A stretch of 63,761 nt of DNA, filler included, from Octopus bimaculoides (GCF_001194135.2; 5 parts of 5 records of this genome joined end to end with filler, not necessarily neighbours in it), one strand, 5' to 3'. Shown: positions 37,453-52,710, numbered from the whole stretch's first letter. Notes: generated by a model from the letters alone, not told the origin. Numbers and translations: made by a program.

Positions 37453-37809
37453 ATTGAACATCTTTCAGAACTGGAAGATTATACTGTGTGGATGTTATAT
37501 AATTTAGACGCCATCTGCATAAAAATACAATAGTTAATTTAGTGTTAATAAAGTTAATGCCTGAATCCTGAAAACGCTGACTGTAAATATACTCTTACGT
37601 GTGGTGCGGAGTAAAATCAATCTCTAAATTTGGTTTTAATGATGAAAAAAAAAAAAAGAATTGTTTGCCCACCAATCTTAAGAGCAGCCGAAAGGGTGAG
37701 GAAAATTGAATTGAAGAATGAAACGTGGAAATAAATTTAAACAAAACACTTCAACAATTGGAAAAAATAAAATTACAAGTCTAATAATAATTATGAAATT
37801 TATCACATG

Positions 37810-38107
37810 TCTGGGCGTGTGTCAAAAGACGTCTATTTCCCAAATCTGTGATTCGTGGTTCAATCCCACAGCGTGACACCATGACCAAAAGTCTTGTACT
37901 ATAGCCTCGGGCTGGCCAAAGTGGATTTGGTTGACGGACAAGAGGGCAGCTGTGTCGAACTTCTTCCTTCACCAAAAGCCAATTGCATAAGAATGGCCAC
38001 TGAAAAAGTGATGGCATTGGCGGTGCTCTAGCATGACCACAGCCTTTTGACTGAAACATATAAAGAAATAAGAGAAACATATGTATAGTTGCATGTATAT
38101 ATATATA

Positions 38108-38145
<38 letters not shown>

Positions 38146-38362
38146 CACACACACTTCTGTCTGTGTCTCTGCTCGTCTCTCACGACACAGCCTGACAACC
38201 GATATTGATGTGGTTACGTCACCGTAAACTAGCGGTCGGGAAAAGGATTCGATAGAATAAGTTCCAGGCTTTAAAAAAGTACTAAGGTCGATTCGTTCGG
38301 ATAAAATTCTTTCAAGGTGGTGCCCCAGCATGGGCGCAGGCTAATGACTGAAACAAGTAAGA
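37810..38362 (+). mobile_element. Rearranged/degenerate SINE family B with two tail segments
   Basis: Head at about 37815; tail motif at about 38020-38065 and again at 38320-38362. Confidence 0.65.
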
Positions 38363-38591
38363 CATGATATTCTAATTGGAACAAGTCAAGTCTATTTGCT
38401 TATGTGCCTCACAGAATCTCACTCATGTTCAATATAAATGTATATGGGAAAAAGATAAAACGAGAGAGAGAGAGAGAAGCAGACAGACTGACAGAGAAAG
38501 AGAAAGGGAGGGGGTGATAGAAAGTGAGAGAGAGAGAGAGAGAGAGAGAGAGGCAGACAGACTGACAGAGAAAGAGAGTGGGTGACAGAAA

Positions 38592-38652
<61 letters not shown>

Positions 38653-39126
38653 GGGTTCATATGATCGATTCAAGTTCGCTGAATAAAGTATTCTGTGAAT
38701 TGTGTTTCACTAAATACAGAGCGTACTTAACGAAAAAAACATTATGTAAACAAATGAAAGAAAGCAAAATGATAATTTTGTCAGCGTCCAACCTACATTA
38801 ATAGTTTGCAACAACAATATTGGTGGATGATAATACTATTAATTCTCCTTATGCCAAATCTTTACAAGCCATTACTTCATCATTTAAACAAAAAATTTTT
38901 TCACATGGGCTCAGGTTGAAAAGGCATTTCAATAATTCATCTGTGGATATGGCTGATGTCGATGCATCTTTTGAGAGCTTGGATTTGTTATGATGTGTTT
39001 TCTACTTGTAGTTAATCGAATCATCGAAGGAGGCTTTATGTGGTGGGTCCAAATACTAGTGACAGAAATGAAATCTCGATTGTGTCGTTAAAAGGAAGGG
39101 CACGTTGCACAATTGAGTTATAGACA

Positions 39127-39196
<70 letters not shown>

Positions 39197-39419
39197 CAAT
39201 GAAACACGAGATGATGCTAACTATGCACTATATCAGATTAGGTTGAGCTAAATATCATCAAGTATCTGTCTGTCTATTTATCTTTGTCTCTTTGTCTTTT
39301 TGTATGTTGTATGCATGTATGTATTTCTTTTTCACTTTTATTTCAAGATTTCTTGCCACTGGAGAAAGAGAGCCAGTTTCTAACCTAGATCCATCAACAT
39401 CAACAGGGTATTTTTGTAT

Positions 39420-39761
39420 GTGAGTATGTATTTGTGTATGTATGTATGTATGTATGTATGTATGTATGTATGTGTGTATGTATGTATGCATGTATGTATG
39501 TCTGGCTGTCTATTTGTGTATCACCTGTCTGTCTATCTGCTTCTCTATCAGTTTACCTACCTACCTATCTATCCAATTGTCCAATTGTGTATCGATTTGT
39601 CTGTTTGCATATCTGTTTAAGAGTCTGCATAATGATTATCTCTGTCTATTTGTCAAACTGTCTGTGCGCGTCTCCCCCATCTCTCTTAATATATATATAT
39701 ATATATATATTTATCTTTCTGTCTGTCTATGTGTCTGCTAGGTTGTCGATCTGTGTTTCTG

Positions 39762-39850
<89 letters not shown>

Positions 39851-40104
39851 CTGTCTGTCTGTCTGTCTGTCTGTCTATTTGTCTGTCTATCTGTCTATCT
39901 GTCTGTCTGTCTGTCAATCTATTTATCTATCTCTACCTATTTATCCATCTCTATCTATCTATCTATCGATCTGTCTATCTATCGATCTATCTATCTATCT
40001 CTATCCATTTGACTATCTATCCGTTTGACTGTTCTGTCTGTCTANNNNNNNNNNTATCTTTCTGTCTGTCTATGTGTCTGCTAGGTTGTCGATCTGTGTT
40101 TCTG

Positions 40105-40169
<65 letters not shown>

Positions 40170-40390
40170 GTATCTATTTATCTATCTATCGGTCTGTCTG
40201 TCTGTCTGTCTGTCTGTCTATTTGTCTGTCTATCTGTCTGTCTGTCTGTCGATCTATTTATCTATCTCTACCTATTTATCCATCTCTATCTATCTATCTA
40301 TCGATCTGTCTATCTATCGATCTATCTATCTATCTCTATCCATTTGACTATCTATCCGTTTGACTGTTCTGTCTGTCTATATGTCTATCT
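39420..40390. repeat. (TATG)/(TCTA)/(TCTG) tetranucleotide array; about 340 bp duplicated across a 10-N gap
   Basis: About 39715-40044 is nearly identical to 40055-40380. Confidence 0.9.
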
Positions 40391-40707
40391 ATCTGATCAT
40401 GTTACTGTCTCTGTATCTATCTGTTCATTATATTTTTTTATCTCATTCTCCCCCATTCAACATATCAGAAACATAGGACTCACAGCTATTATCTGCCCAC
40501 CTCAGTTTCTTCCATTCTATCATTCCATTTTAAATAGAATATAACTTTGTTACATCTATTTTCAAGTAACACATTTTTGATTAAACATTTTGTCCTGTAC
40601 GAACAATTTGTCATGATAGATACACCAATAGATAAACACATAGACCGATAGAGACACAGATACACAGTAAGACAAACTGCAATATAGAGTTAGTATATAA
40701 TGAGATA

Positions 40708-40895
40708 TACGAGGGGATGCTAAAAAGTTCCTGACTTTGGGTACAAGACAATACAGGAGAATCAGTGAATTATGATTTTATTCAACATATTCCCCTCTCA
40801 GATTCACACATTATGCAGCAGTCCTTCAGTCTTTCTAAGCCTTGCAAATAAACACAGAGAGTTGGACCTCCAATCAGGCCCTTTGCGATGCCCTT
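40708..40895 (+). mobile_element. Mariner-like element terminus
   Basis: Begins TA-CGAGGGGATGCTAAAAAGTTCC, a typical mariner TIR start; second copy at 16185-16378. Confidence 0.7.
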
Positions 40896-42378
40896 AAAAC
40901 CAGGACGTTTTCCGCACCTCTTCGTACATTACAACGATGACAATAAAGGCTACATCTTTAAGAAGCAAATACTGAGATACAGAAACTTTGTCAGAGACTT
41001 TCGGAAGAACAAAGTAGAAACTGTTGCAAGATATGCGCTTCGACCTGGAATTGCAAGAGAACAACTCTTTGAGAAACAAAATCAGAATATTCTAACACGA
41101 AATTCTGCAAAATATTACTTATTCGGGGCATAAAATAACAGGTCATGCACTAGATTTTATCTAATAACATGAGCTGAATCGTATAAAGTTTAGATATGGA
41201 AACAGTGCAGTTAAGATTAACGAGTAGCGTTCCGTGACTTTATTAACTGAAGCAGTCGCAGTTCTTTGTTATTAATACTAGATAGGGATTTCCAAACCTG
41301 TGGAATTCAACCAAAATTCTATTGAATCTAACACATGGAATGCGGTACCTACAGAGTCCAGATGACCAACATAACAAGATGAGCTCGAACTCTTTGTTAT
41401 ATCTTACTTTCGTTGTTTGAATGTATAAATTCAATGGAGATTGTCCATCAATAACAATGCATATAGCATCAGGTGTTTCTTAGATACCATTCTGCTTAAC
41501 TCATATCGTATCAAATCGTTAATATTATAAGATTAAATTAAATTATTCAGATTAAATATGCTTCAACCTATCCTTCCATTTAATCTACATTGAAATGTTT
41601 GGTCATTTGATATATCTCATTTACATACAAGTAAATTGCATATTAACTTACAGTGCATAAAGTAAATTGCATAACATAAATATGGTAATATACTTACTAT
41701 AGACTTTGTATTACCTTAAACTTAGATTTGATTTGCATTGAATCATTTTAAAATTCTATAGAATACGTTCATTGTTAATACACTTGGAAATCAGTGAATG
41801 TATGAAGAACTTAAGTACTTACAACTCAATAATACAACCGGTTACACAATCACTCATTCGTTTTATCACCAATGATGATATGTAGATCTCAATCATATTC
41901 TAATCATAAATTTATTAAAAAGTTCTTGTAATTTAAAGACGAAGTCTGACGATCCGCATATTCAATATTAGTGATTATTATAACACCTCTTATCATTCCT
42001 CTCATGAAAACGACCGAATAAACGTAATTCCTGCCTATAACGAATACATATTCAAAATGTCTGATATTATCAGATGAACTGTTAAATCAAATCTAATTTC
42101 AACAACTAGCCTGATTTGCAGTTGTATTCAGTATGGCAGAGTTATGATGATCGATCAGACTTTATAGACTTGGCTGCTATTTCTACCGAGTCAATCGATT
42201 TAGTAGAGGCTTCCTCATTGGGTTTTATTTTAGCAGTCATTACATATTTGTGAAGAGTTCACCTCCACTATGGTCTGGTATATTTTCAATGAATCTGCTT
42301 TAAAATATTATCGCATTAGATTTTCAAATATTTCAAGGTAACAAGAATTATCGAGGAAAATTTTCTTTCTTTATCCAT

Positions 42379-42449
<71 letters not shown>

Positions 42450-42463
42450 CCTATCTGTCTGTC

Positions 42464-42512
<49 letters not shown>

Positions 42513-42647
42513 CTCTCTCTGTATATGAATATAAAAAATATATATATGTATATCTGACTGTCTCTCTCTCTCTCTCTGTATATACGTATATTTGTATGTA
42601 CATATGTATGTGTGTGTATGTATTATACATATATTTTATACTTCTGC

Positions 42648-42678
<31 letters not shown>

Positions 42679-42680
42679 AT

Positions 42681-42732
<52 letters not shown>

Positions 42733-44449
42733 GAAAATAAGCAACGCGGCTCCATTTAATTGAACAATGCAATCATTTCATCAATTTAAATACAGCGCTC
42801 TCTTCAGCTGCAAAAAAAAATTTTATATGCAATTTCAACATGTAGGCTACATAAATATAATTCTTCGTAAACATTTTTACAAAGCAGGAAGATGAAAGAA
42901 ATTCATATTGTTGCTATTATATCAAGAGTGGCAAAAAAAAAAACAGACTACAATTTCTTAGAATAGCATGGAGGGTATTGGAGTCATAGGGTTATAATTC
43001 ATTTCCAATTTATCTCTCTCTTTATTATCTATTAAAATGTGAGACTAGAAGACTGTATATATCTAGAATAAAAAATAAAAATGAGTTGACAGCTTATAGC
43101 TACCTAATGATCATAAATATTATCATAGGTATCCCTTTACCCACGAAGGAAAAGAAACAAAACTTTAGAAAGAGTCAATTATATAGAAGTAATTGTCTAT
43201 AGAAAGAGGCAAGGTAGGGGTAGATTTCAATTCATGATGTTAATTACCACTTAAAGGGGTAAAACACTATGAAACTTAAGATGCTTATATATAGGGGAAA
43301 TATTATTAGGGACCATTTATAAGCAATATTATTATGTTGTATAAAAATAAAATAAAATTTAAGAATTCAGGAAAAAGATATCACAACCAAAATAGCTAAA
43401 AAGTTTATGCATCATTTGTAAACATTAAAGGAAGATTTACCATTATGTAGAATCAGTTTAACACTTCTTTACGTAATTAAGAGGTTTCTATAAAGACTGC
43501 TAAAGCCATTTACATATAGAATATCTGGAAAGATATACATACTATCTATTGATTTGAAGTAATGAATCAGAAACAGGATAGTAAAATAATGATAATACAT
43601 AGACATAATTAAATATGAAATAGAAATATACTCGAAAATATGTACTGATATAAATAGGTATAAGAGTGTAAAAATAATGCATACAGATACATATACAAAG
43701 GGTTCTTTTTTATATGTATACACCCACACATACACACATATATGTACATATATGTATATATACATATACACAAATATATATACGCTTATATGAAAGAATA
43801 AGGTATAAATGTTTTGCATAAACAGAAGAAACTGAAAAATATCAATTAAGAACAAGAAAAATAACAATTCATAAAGAATAAGTGATTAATAAGGTAAGCA
43901 TACCAAAATATGAAAACAAGTTAATAAGAATTTATAGAAAATAATAAGAAATACATATGAAGTACATATAAAGAGACATGGGATTAAAATGAGAAGCAGG
44001 GAAAAGATAAAGGTAACCTAAAAGAAGGCGTTAAGTATGGAAGTAGTGGGGGCAGTTCAGGGTGTTCAAACCGAAAAGATTTTATAAGTTGTAATATTAC
44101 AGGTGTTATTGTATGTTTGATTGCATAGTTACTAGGGGGTTTAGGATTTAGTCAAAGGAGACTTGCTTTCATAAAATCACTACAAATATCCATAACATGA
44201 CTAGTAGGGTAGGTATTCATTGAAAGGAAAAAATGGTGCAATCACCAAAATAGGATGAAGTCAGACTAACTAGGCACGGGTTATCATGAGATAATAATAC
44301 ATATAGTACACCATATAACACAACACATAGCATATAACATATGTAATGTAATGCAATCTACCACATAACATATTATCCTATAATTTTATATTTTATACTA
44401 GAAGGTAAGTTACAACGGATACGACATAAAAATTTATTCCCACCATCAA

Positions 44450-44860
44450 ATTTCAAGTATGATAATTGTAATATTATTAGTTTCGAAAATACTTGAATGT
44501 ACAGGTGACGTTATGCATGCATGATACCCTTAGGCCCAATCTATATTTTAATCGGGTTGTTCTTGTCTCTGTACCTAAAAATCTAATAAATTTCCACAGA
44601 GCAATGTTCACACCCATATCGACTATATCTCTATAAGGCTGCGCCTTACGTATAATATCTAATTTAGGACTAAAGTCAGTTTCGCTTTCTCATGAAAATT
44701 GGTTATTAATACGCGTTTTCACATTTATCGAATATATATGCAATATATATATAGTTACCAGCCTCAGTCACGATTGTACAACTATAAACTACGTTTTGGT
44801 TTAAACATCGACCTAATAACGGGTAATGGGATTTAATTCTACAATTGCAACCGGGAGCAT
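44450..44860 (-). mobile_element. Penelope-like GIY-YIG relic (CNCR...PLxGxCL type)
   Basis: CNCRIKSHYPLLGRCLNQNVVYSCTIV...YIYIA, then frameshifted KTRINNQ, IIRKAQPY, CEHC and CMH motifs. Confidence 0.75.
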
Positions 44861-46407
44861 TACTGCTATTAATATTATTGATATTCCTACCATTGTTATT
44901 ATTATTAGTATCGATATTATTATTATTACTACTACTATAATTACTATCGGAATTATTATTACTGTTATTATTTATACTTCTTTCAACTATGGTACCATTT
45001 AAATTCATCTGAGCATCATCAGGAACTGCATCAGTAATTCCTGCGCTAGTATGAACATCTGTGTCACAGTTTATATTACACATGTTAGATATGGTAGTTC
45101 TGTTGTTCCTAATTCCTACATCTCCATTATAATTACCGTCATTATATGGATTTAAACCAGTTTGACAATGCTAATATTATTATTATTATTAATTCCTCTT
45201 GCTAATTTTTTATTCTTTCTATTAAACCTGGCTACGATGGTATCTACATTGGGGAGGGTAGAATGCCAGATTCTGAGAAAACGATACTAACATGAAAATG
45301 TTATAAACCTAGGAGATTTTATGATTATATGCCTTCATCAGCGTGTAAGGAAGATAATAATGAGTTGAAGACTTATGAAGAGATTGAAAATAATGATACA
45401 TTTTGAAAATGTCGAGCCGATGTCTCTTGCCAAAGAAATAAAGATAAAAAGAAAAAGCATTAATTTAAAGGCCAAGAATCTATCTTTGTCGAAAGACTTG
45501 TCGTTTTCTTTAAAATGAAAAATTACTCGTTCTTGCATTTATTTATGGATAAATCAATATGCCATGACCATAGATGTAAACAGTGTTCATAAAGTACTGA
45601 GGCAAGAAGCCGAAGAGATAGGACCTGGGAAGAATCGCAATCAATCAATACAAGCATTAATAGACGCAATCGCATGATAGTTTTCTCTCTGCCTGCAAAT
45701 AAACAAAACAATAAAATTCAGTGTTCTCAAAAGTTTTATACAGATGTATTTAAAGAAAAGTAGAGCGTTTTCTTTGGCTCAACTTCTTTCTTGAGAAAAA
45801 CACAACTTTCAAGCAAACTTTAGTTTGCTACCAAAATATCTCATGTAGAAAAGTGTACATTTGTGGAAAATATTTTTCCGAGAACAAATTTAGATATAGC
45901 GTTTTTATTCCCCATTGCTTTCATATAATTTTGAATTTATTCGGACCTTCTTCTCAGTATGGAGGTCAAATTGAAGGAAGTGACAGAGTAGAACACAAAA
46001 TATCTCGAAATACCTGGGTTAATTTTGTTCTCCTTTCATGTTCAAAATCTGCCATTGTCAATTAGGATTTTCATGTTTTTTAATCGACCTCTTACATACA
46101 GTTCATTCAGGCAATTTTACCCATCCTATGCCAGGTTGAAAGTACTTTTTAAATCAATATTTCCGTCTTTGTAGATTTTTTTCTGGCTTCCACAATCATT
46201 TTCTCAGTTCGTATCTCATAATTTTGTCAGCTTACGTACGTTTAATGAATGGATACATACTTTCATATATGCATATGTACATACATACGAATATTGCAAT
46301 TTATGTGCGTACGTGTATATGCATTAATATATTTATATGTATGCCTACACACACACATATGTATACGTGTATATATATGGTTGTGAATGTCATATGTATA
46401 TATATAT

Positions 46408-46459
<52 letters not shown>

Positions 46460-46914
46460 GCACACACACACGAGTGTCTACAAAGAAAATTCTCTACCAC
46501 TCTCCCTTTCTCAGTCTCTCTTGGTCACCTTGCAGTTCTTACAGTCAATGTCTACAGGCGTGAGAATGTGTGGCAGTGGGAGTATATACAAGTGTATAAA
46601 GCTTTGTGAATGTACGTTCATAGTGTGGTGCATGTACGGCTGTACTGCATAATTGAACAAGACGTCTGGAACGTGACGAGAAAGATAGTTTCCTCATCTA
46701 GACCAAGATTAAAAACCCTTTCTCAATTATAATAGATTGCGATAAAATATTTGTCCAAATTTACATTTTCTTTACGCTTCCTCTGCAGCTCTATAGAGGA
46801 TGGGTGATGAATTTCAGAGAGACCTGAAAAAGATGCAGAATAATTTCTAATGACATTCGAATCTGAAATTGCTCTTTGTCTCCCGGAAATTCAATATATT
46901 TTTTCAAATCTATG

Positions 46915-47148
46915 TGAAGTAGCTGTGTGGTAAGAAGTTTACTTGTCAACCACATGGTCCAAGTTCAATCCCACTGCGTGACACCCTGAGTAAATGTTTT
47001 TTTTATTATAGCCTTGGGCCGACTAAACCCTTTTAAATTAATTTTGTAGACGGAGACTGAGAGAAACCCATTGTATATATAACTATCTATCTGTGTGTCT
47101 GTCTTTCTGTCTGTCTGTCTGTCTGTCTCCCTCTCTCTATATATATAT

Positions 47149-47183
<35 letters not shown>

Positions 47184-47352
47184 ACAAATGTTGGTGTGTT
47201 TACTTCCCCGAAACTTAGCGGTTCGGCAAAAGATACCGATAGAATAAGTACTAATCTTATAGAGAATAAGGCCTGGGTCGATTTGTTCGACTAAAGGTGG
47301 TGCTCCAGCATGGCCGCAATCAAAATGACTGAAACGAGTAAAAGAGTAAAAA
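46915..47352 (+). mobile_element. SINE family B
   Basis: Head, internal (TCTG)/(TCTA) tract and tail; CpGs mostly retained in the 3' half. Confidence 0.85.
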
Positions 47353-47371
47353 GAATGCATACATACATACA

Positions 47372-47471
47372 NNNNNNNNNNNNNNNNNNNNNNNNNNNNN
47401 NNNNNNNNNNNNNNNTTAATTAATTAANNNNNNNNNNNNNNNNNNNNNNNNNNNNNNNNNNNNNNNNNNNN
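47372..47471. other. Synthetic scaffold-join spacer
   Basis: 44 N + TTAATTAATTAA + 44 N. Confidence 0.95.
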
Positions 47472-47778
47472 GTGGTGATGGTGGTCGTCGTGGTGGTTGT
47501 GATGGTGGTGGTGGTGGTGGTGGTGGTGGTTGTGATGATGGTGGTGGTGGTGGTGGCAGCACAAGTTGACGAGGTAGCAGAGCGGTCGTGGCGATAATGA
47601 TGGAGGTGTTGGGTGGTCATTGTGGTTTCCTTATTGGTTGTTGGTGAGCACAATGGCATATAGATAAGGTGTGAAGTTCTTTCTTCCAGGGAGTTGATTT
47701 TTGCTAAGATGTCGGCCGCACCGTAGGGAAATTCCAGCACACGTGCTATTGAAGAAGCTGGTTGCGATAGAGCGAGAC
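47472..47778 (-). CDS. Candidate exon (GLALSQPASSIARVLEFPYGAADILAKINSLEERTSHL...poly-Thr), truncated by the scaffold end
   Basis: GC/CpG-rich non-repetitive block after a cacacacag acceptor. The frame is ambiguous: a second frame stays open for about 50 codons. Confidence 0.3.
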
Positions 47779-48063
47779 CTGTGTGTGTGTGTGTGTGTTT
47801 GGTTTTATGTATGTATGTATGCACATATATCTCTGTATGTATAAATTGTTGCATGCATGTATGCTTACGTATACAGATAAAGTGTATATAAATGTATATA
47901 TGTGTGTGTAATTGTGTATGTGCGCGTCCGTGTGTGTGTATGTGTGGGTATTTAAGTATGTGTGCGTGTATGTATATGTATTTATGTAAGCATTAATGGT
48001 TGCACGCATGTATATCTATGTATGTAGATAAAGCATGTGTGTGTGTATAAATATATATATATT

Positions 48064-48118
<55 letters not shown>

Positions 48119-49794
48119 NNNNNNNNNNNNNNNNNNNNNNNNNNNNNNNNNNNNNNNNNNNNNNNNNNNNNNNNNNNNNNNNNNNNNNNNNNNNNNNNNN
48201 NNNNNNNNNNNNNNNNNNNNNNNNNNNNNNNNNNNNNNNNNNNNNNNNNNNNNNNNNNNNNNNNNNNNNNNNNNNNNNNNNNNNNNNNNNNNNNNNNNNN
48301 NNNNNNNNNNNNNNNNNNNNNNNNNNNNNNNNNNNNNNNNNNNNNNNNNNNNNNNNNNNNNNNNNNNNNNNNNNNNNNNNNNNNNNNNNNNNNNNNNNNN
48401 NNNNNNNNNNNNNNNNNNNNNNNNNNNNNNNNNNNNNNNNNNNNNNNNNNNNNNNNNNNNNNNNNNNNNNNNNNNNNNNNNNNNNNNNNNNNNNNNNNNN
48501 NNNNNNNNNNNNNNNNNNNNNTATATATGTATGTATATATATGTATATATGTATGTAGAAATATATGCATTTACATAATTGTATGTGTTATATATATGTG
48601 ATAGATACTTTTGTGTATGCGTGTGTGTGTATGCATGTGTGTGTATGTGTGTGTGTGTGTATGCGTGAGTGGGTGAATGTATGTACATGTGTGTGTGTGT
48701 CACCTAGAGAGTTCTAACTCGCTAACCTGTGTACAAAACCCACTTCCTGACTACGACAAAACCTAATCAATGCAATGTCGTCTGCTGAGTTTCTATTGCG
48801 GATGATTCTCTTCCTTTTCACTGAAGCTGGCCTTTCATATCGTCAAGTAAAATGTTCTTATCGACTTTAGGCTAAAAATCATATAATACGATGCTCAGGA
48901 TTGAATTTTACGATAGAAAAAGACTATTTATTTTTCCCAGAGCTATCCGTATCATATAATGTCATCAATGTTGGCATCTACAATGTTAACACCGACTCCT
49001 CTCCTTTTCTCTCCTCTCCCTCACACTCCCATCTCTCCTTTTCTCCCTAGCGCACACATATAAACACATATATACACTCACGTACACTCTTGGTTTTATC
49101 TTGTGATATATTTTTCCCTTCCTCTCCCTCTTACTCTCTGTCTCCGTCGCTCTCTCATTTTCCTTTCCCTCCCTCCAATTTCTCCTTCTCGTTGTCTTAT
49201 ATTCTAATCATTTACTCCATTCACAGTCTCCCCCTCTCTCCCTCTCTCACTCTCTCATTCTCTCTCCCTATCTATCTATCTATCTGTCCGTCAGTCTATA
49301 TGTCTATCTGCTGTCTATTTATCTCTCGATCTCTGTATTGCCCTATTTCTTCCTTTCTCTCACGATCCCTCACAATCACTCAGTATATCTGTTTCTTTTA
49401 GCTTATTATAAATTCTCTAAGTAAAAAAATATCTTTCGAGTGCTAATGTCCTCTCTCTCTCTCTCTGCTCTCTCACTCTCATACACACACTTTCTATCTC
49501 TCCTTCACTCTCCCCTCCCCACTTTCCCTGTCTCTCTCACTCTATCTCTTTTCCTTGCATACACACATATACACACATCTGTATATATGTATGTGTATGC
49601 GTGTGTGTGCGTGTGTGTGTCCTTGTTTTTGTGTATGTATATGCGTAGTACATACATACATATATACATGCATATTTACATATACACAGAGACATATATA
49701 TATATATATATATAATTATATATATATATACATATACATAGTATATGATATATGTATGTATCTACGTACGTATGTATGTACATAAATATATATG

Positions 49795-49827
<33 letters not shown>

Positions 49828-50732
49828 NNNNNNNNNNNNNNNNNNNNNNNNNNNNNNNNNNNNNNNNNNNNNNNNNNNNNNNNNNNNNNNNNNNNNNNNN
49901 NNNNNNNNNNNNNNNNNNNNNNNNNNNNNNNNNNNNNNNNNNNNNNNNNNNNNNNNNNNNNNNNNNNNNNNNNNNNNNNNNNNNNNNNNNNNNNNNNNNN
50001 NNNNNNNNNNNNNNNNNNNNNNNNNNNNNNNNNNNNNNNNNNNNNNNNNNNNNNNNNNNNNNNNNNNNNNNNNNNNNNNNNNNNNNNNNNNNNNNNNNNN
50101 NNNNNNNNNNNNNNNNNNNNNNNNNNNNNNNNNNNNNNNNNNNNNNNNNNNNNNNNNNNNNNNNNNNNNNNNNNNNNNNNNNNNNNNNNNNNNNNNNNNN
50201 NNNNNNNNNNNNNNNNNNNNNNNTATATATATACATATATATATATATATATACATAGTAAACATATGTAAGTATGTGTCTGTATGTATGCTTGTGTGTA
50301 GACTAAGTTTGTATTTATATAAATTTTATAGGAGTGTTTGTGAGGGATATTGAGTATAAGCATGTGTCTGTATGTGTATGTGCCCTACCATGCATATGTA
50401 TATTTTTGAACACACACACACACACACATATATAGATCTATGTATGTATGGTCTTATGTATTCATATGCCTACGAATGTGTAAAAGCTGTATTAGAGGAG
50501 TAAGAAATATCAACACCTACAACAATAACAATAATAAACCGTAATTACTAACAAACAACCACTACAAAACTACCACAAGAAAACAACCGCAGCAAACAGC
50601 CCCCACTGACATCACACCACAGCGACAACAACGACGACAACCACAACAACAACAAGAAGAAGAACAACGAAATCTTCCCCGGAGACGAACGTCTTTCTAC
50701 GGAAAAGTAAGAAAAAACAAAATGGAGGAAAA

Positions 50733-50793
50733 ATGTTAGTAAGACCGGCGGGCAAACGAGTGAACGCGCAGTCGGCCATAACTTTCCGACTGG
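50733..50793 (+). CDS. Candidate first coding exon (MLVRPAGKRVNAQSAITFRLx)
   Basis: AAAATG start context, strong donor TGG/gtgagt at 50794, CpG-rich, preceded by a (CAA)-rich leader. Confidence 0.3.
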
Positions 50794-51438
50794 GTGAGTC
50801 GAAGTGTGTTCTGCTTGCTTGTCAAAGTACAACTATTGTGATTCCCTGGTGGCAGGCTTCTTGCGATAGCAGAAAGTCAAACAAACGAGGAATGTCTCAT
50901 TTTCTCATTGCATATTTCAACTTAAATCATTCGACCGATAGATATTTCAATCNNNNNNNNNNNNNNNNNNNNNNNNNNNNNNNNNNNNNNNNNNNNNNNN
51001 NNNNNNNNNNNNNNNNNNNNNNNNNNNNNNNNNNNNNNNNNNNNNNNNNNNNNNNNNNNNNNNNNNNNNNNNNNNNNNNNNNNNNNNNNNNNNNNNNNNN
51101 NNNNNNNNNNNNNNNNNNNNNNNNNNNNNNNNNNNNNNNNNNNNNNNNNNNNNNNNNNNNNNNNNNNNNNNNNNNNNNNNNNNNNNNNNNNNNNNNNNNN
51201 NNNNNNNNNNNNNNNNNNNNNNNNNNNNNNNNNNNNNNNNNNNNNNNNNNNNNNNNNNNNNNNNNNNNNNNNNNNNNNNNNNNNNNNNNNNNNNNNNNNN
51301 NNNNNNNNNNNNNNNNNNNNNNNNNNNNNNNNNNNNNNNNNNNNNNNNNNNNNNNNNNNNNNNNNNNNNNNNNNNNNNNNNNNNNNNNNNNNNNNNNNNN
51401 NNNNNNNNNNNNNNNNNNNNNNNNNNNNNNNNNNNNNN

Positions 51439-51481
<43 letters not shown>

Positions 51482-52031
51482 GATACATATCAGTACATAT
51501 TCATACATACGTACATACAAACCTACGTATGTACATATACAGATATAGATATACATATATACACGTAGCTATATACGTACTTCAATAGATGCCTGAGAGG
51601 AAATTGACGTATGGCATTCTTTCAAATACACGCATACATATTACACAGGCACTTAGATATTCACACTCATGAAAGTGTATACATGCATGCATACTCACAG
51701 ACAAGAATAATACATTTTAAAGGCATTTGCAGGCAGGCAAACACACACACACACACACACACACCCGCATACACAGTTACATAGGATTTTATCTGTATAC
51801 GTACACTTTCACAAATACATCCATAATTATATATATATGTGTGTGTGTATGCGTTGGTGTGTGGGTGCGCGTGTGTGGGTGGGTGTGCGTGTGTGTGCCT
51901 GCCTGTAAATGAGAGAGGAAGAGAGAGAGTGAAGGAGAGAGTGACAGAGAGAGCGAGAGAGAGAGAGACAGACAGACAGACAGAATGACATAGAAAGAAA
52001 TAGAAAGGGCAGACATTGTTGTGTGTGTGTG

Positions 52032-52084
<53 letters not shown>

Positions 52085-52096
52085 TTNNNNNNNNNN

Positions 52097-52164
<68 letters not shown>

Positions 52165-52574
52165 CGTGGCTGTCTGTCTGTCTGTCTGTCCGTTTGTATA
52201 CACGCAGTCACATGCATCGGAAATTGCTATATATACAAGCATTCGCAGATATACAACGAAGTCGTACATAGATCCAAACAAACAAACAAACAAACAAAAG
52301 CATATACATACATAAATACGTATAAGGGGTCACTTGAGAGATTCGGGTTAGCGATAGAAAAATACATTTCTCCAGCCCTGCGCGATGTGAGTTCAAATCC
52401 GGCCAAGAGCTATGAACATATCTTACTTCATGGGTCGATAAGGATAATCTGCTGATTGTTGGAGATACCCTCTCTCCTCCCGACTGCCTCTGCCTCTTTG
52501 TGTTGCCGGGTCGAGGCCTGGGTGGCGATGCTGAAATGGTAACTAAATAAGAGCACCTGCTACAACGAATGCTG

Positions 52575-52621
<47 letters not shown>

Positions 52622-52650
52622 CAGGCAGGCAGACAGACAGACAGACAGAC

Positions 52651-52704
<54 letters not shown>

Positions 52705-52710
<6 letters not shown>

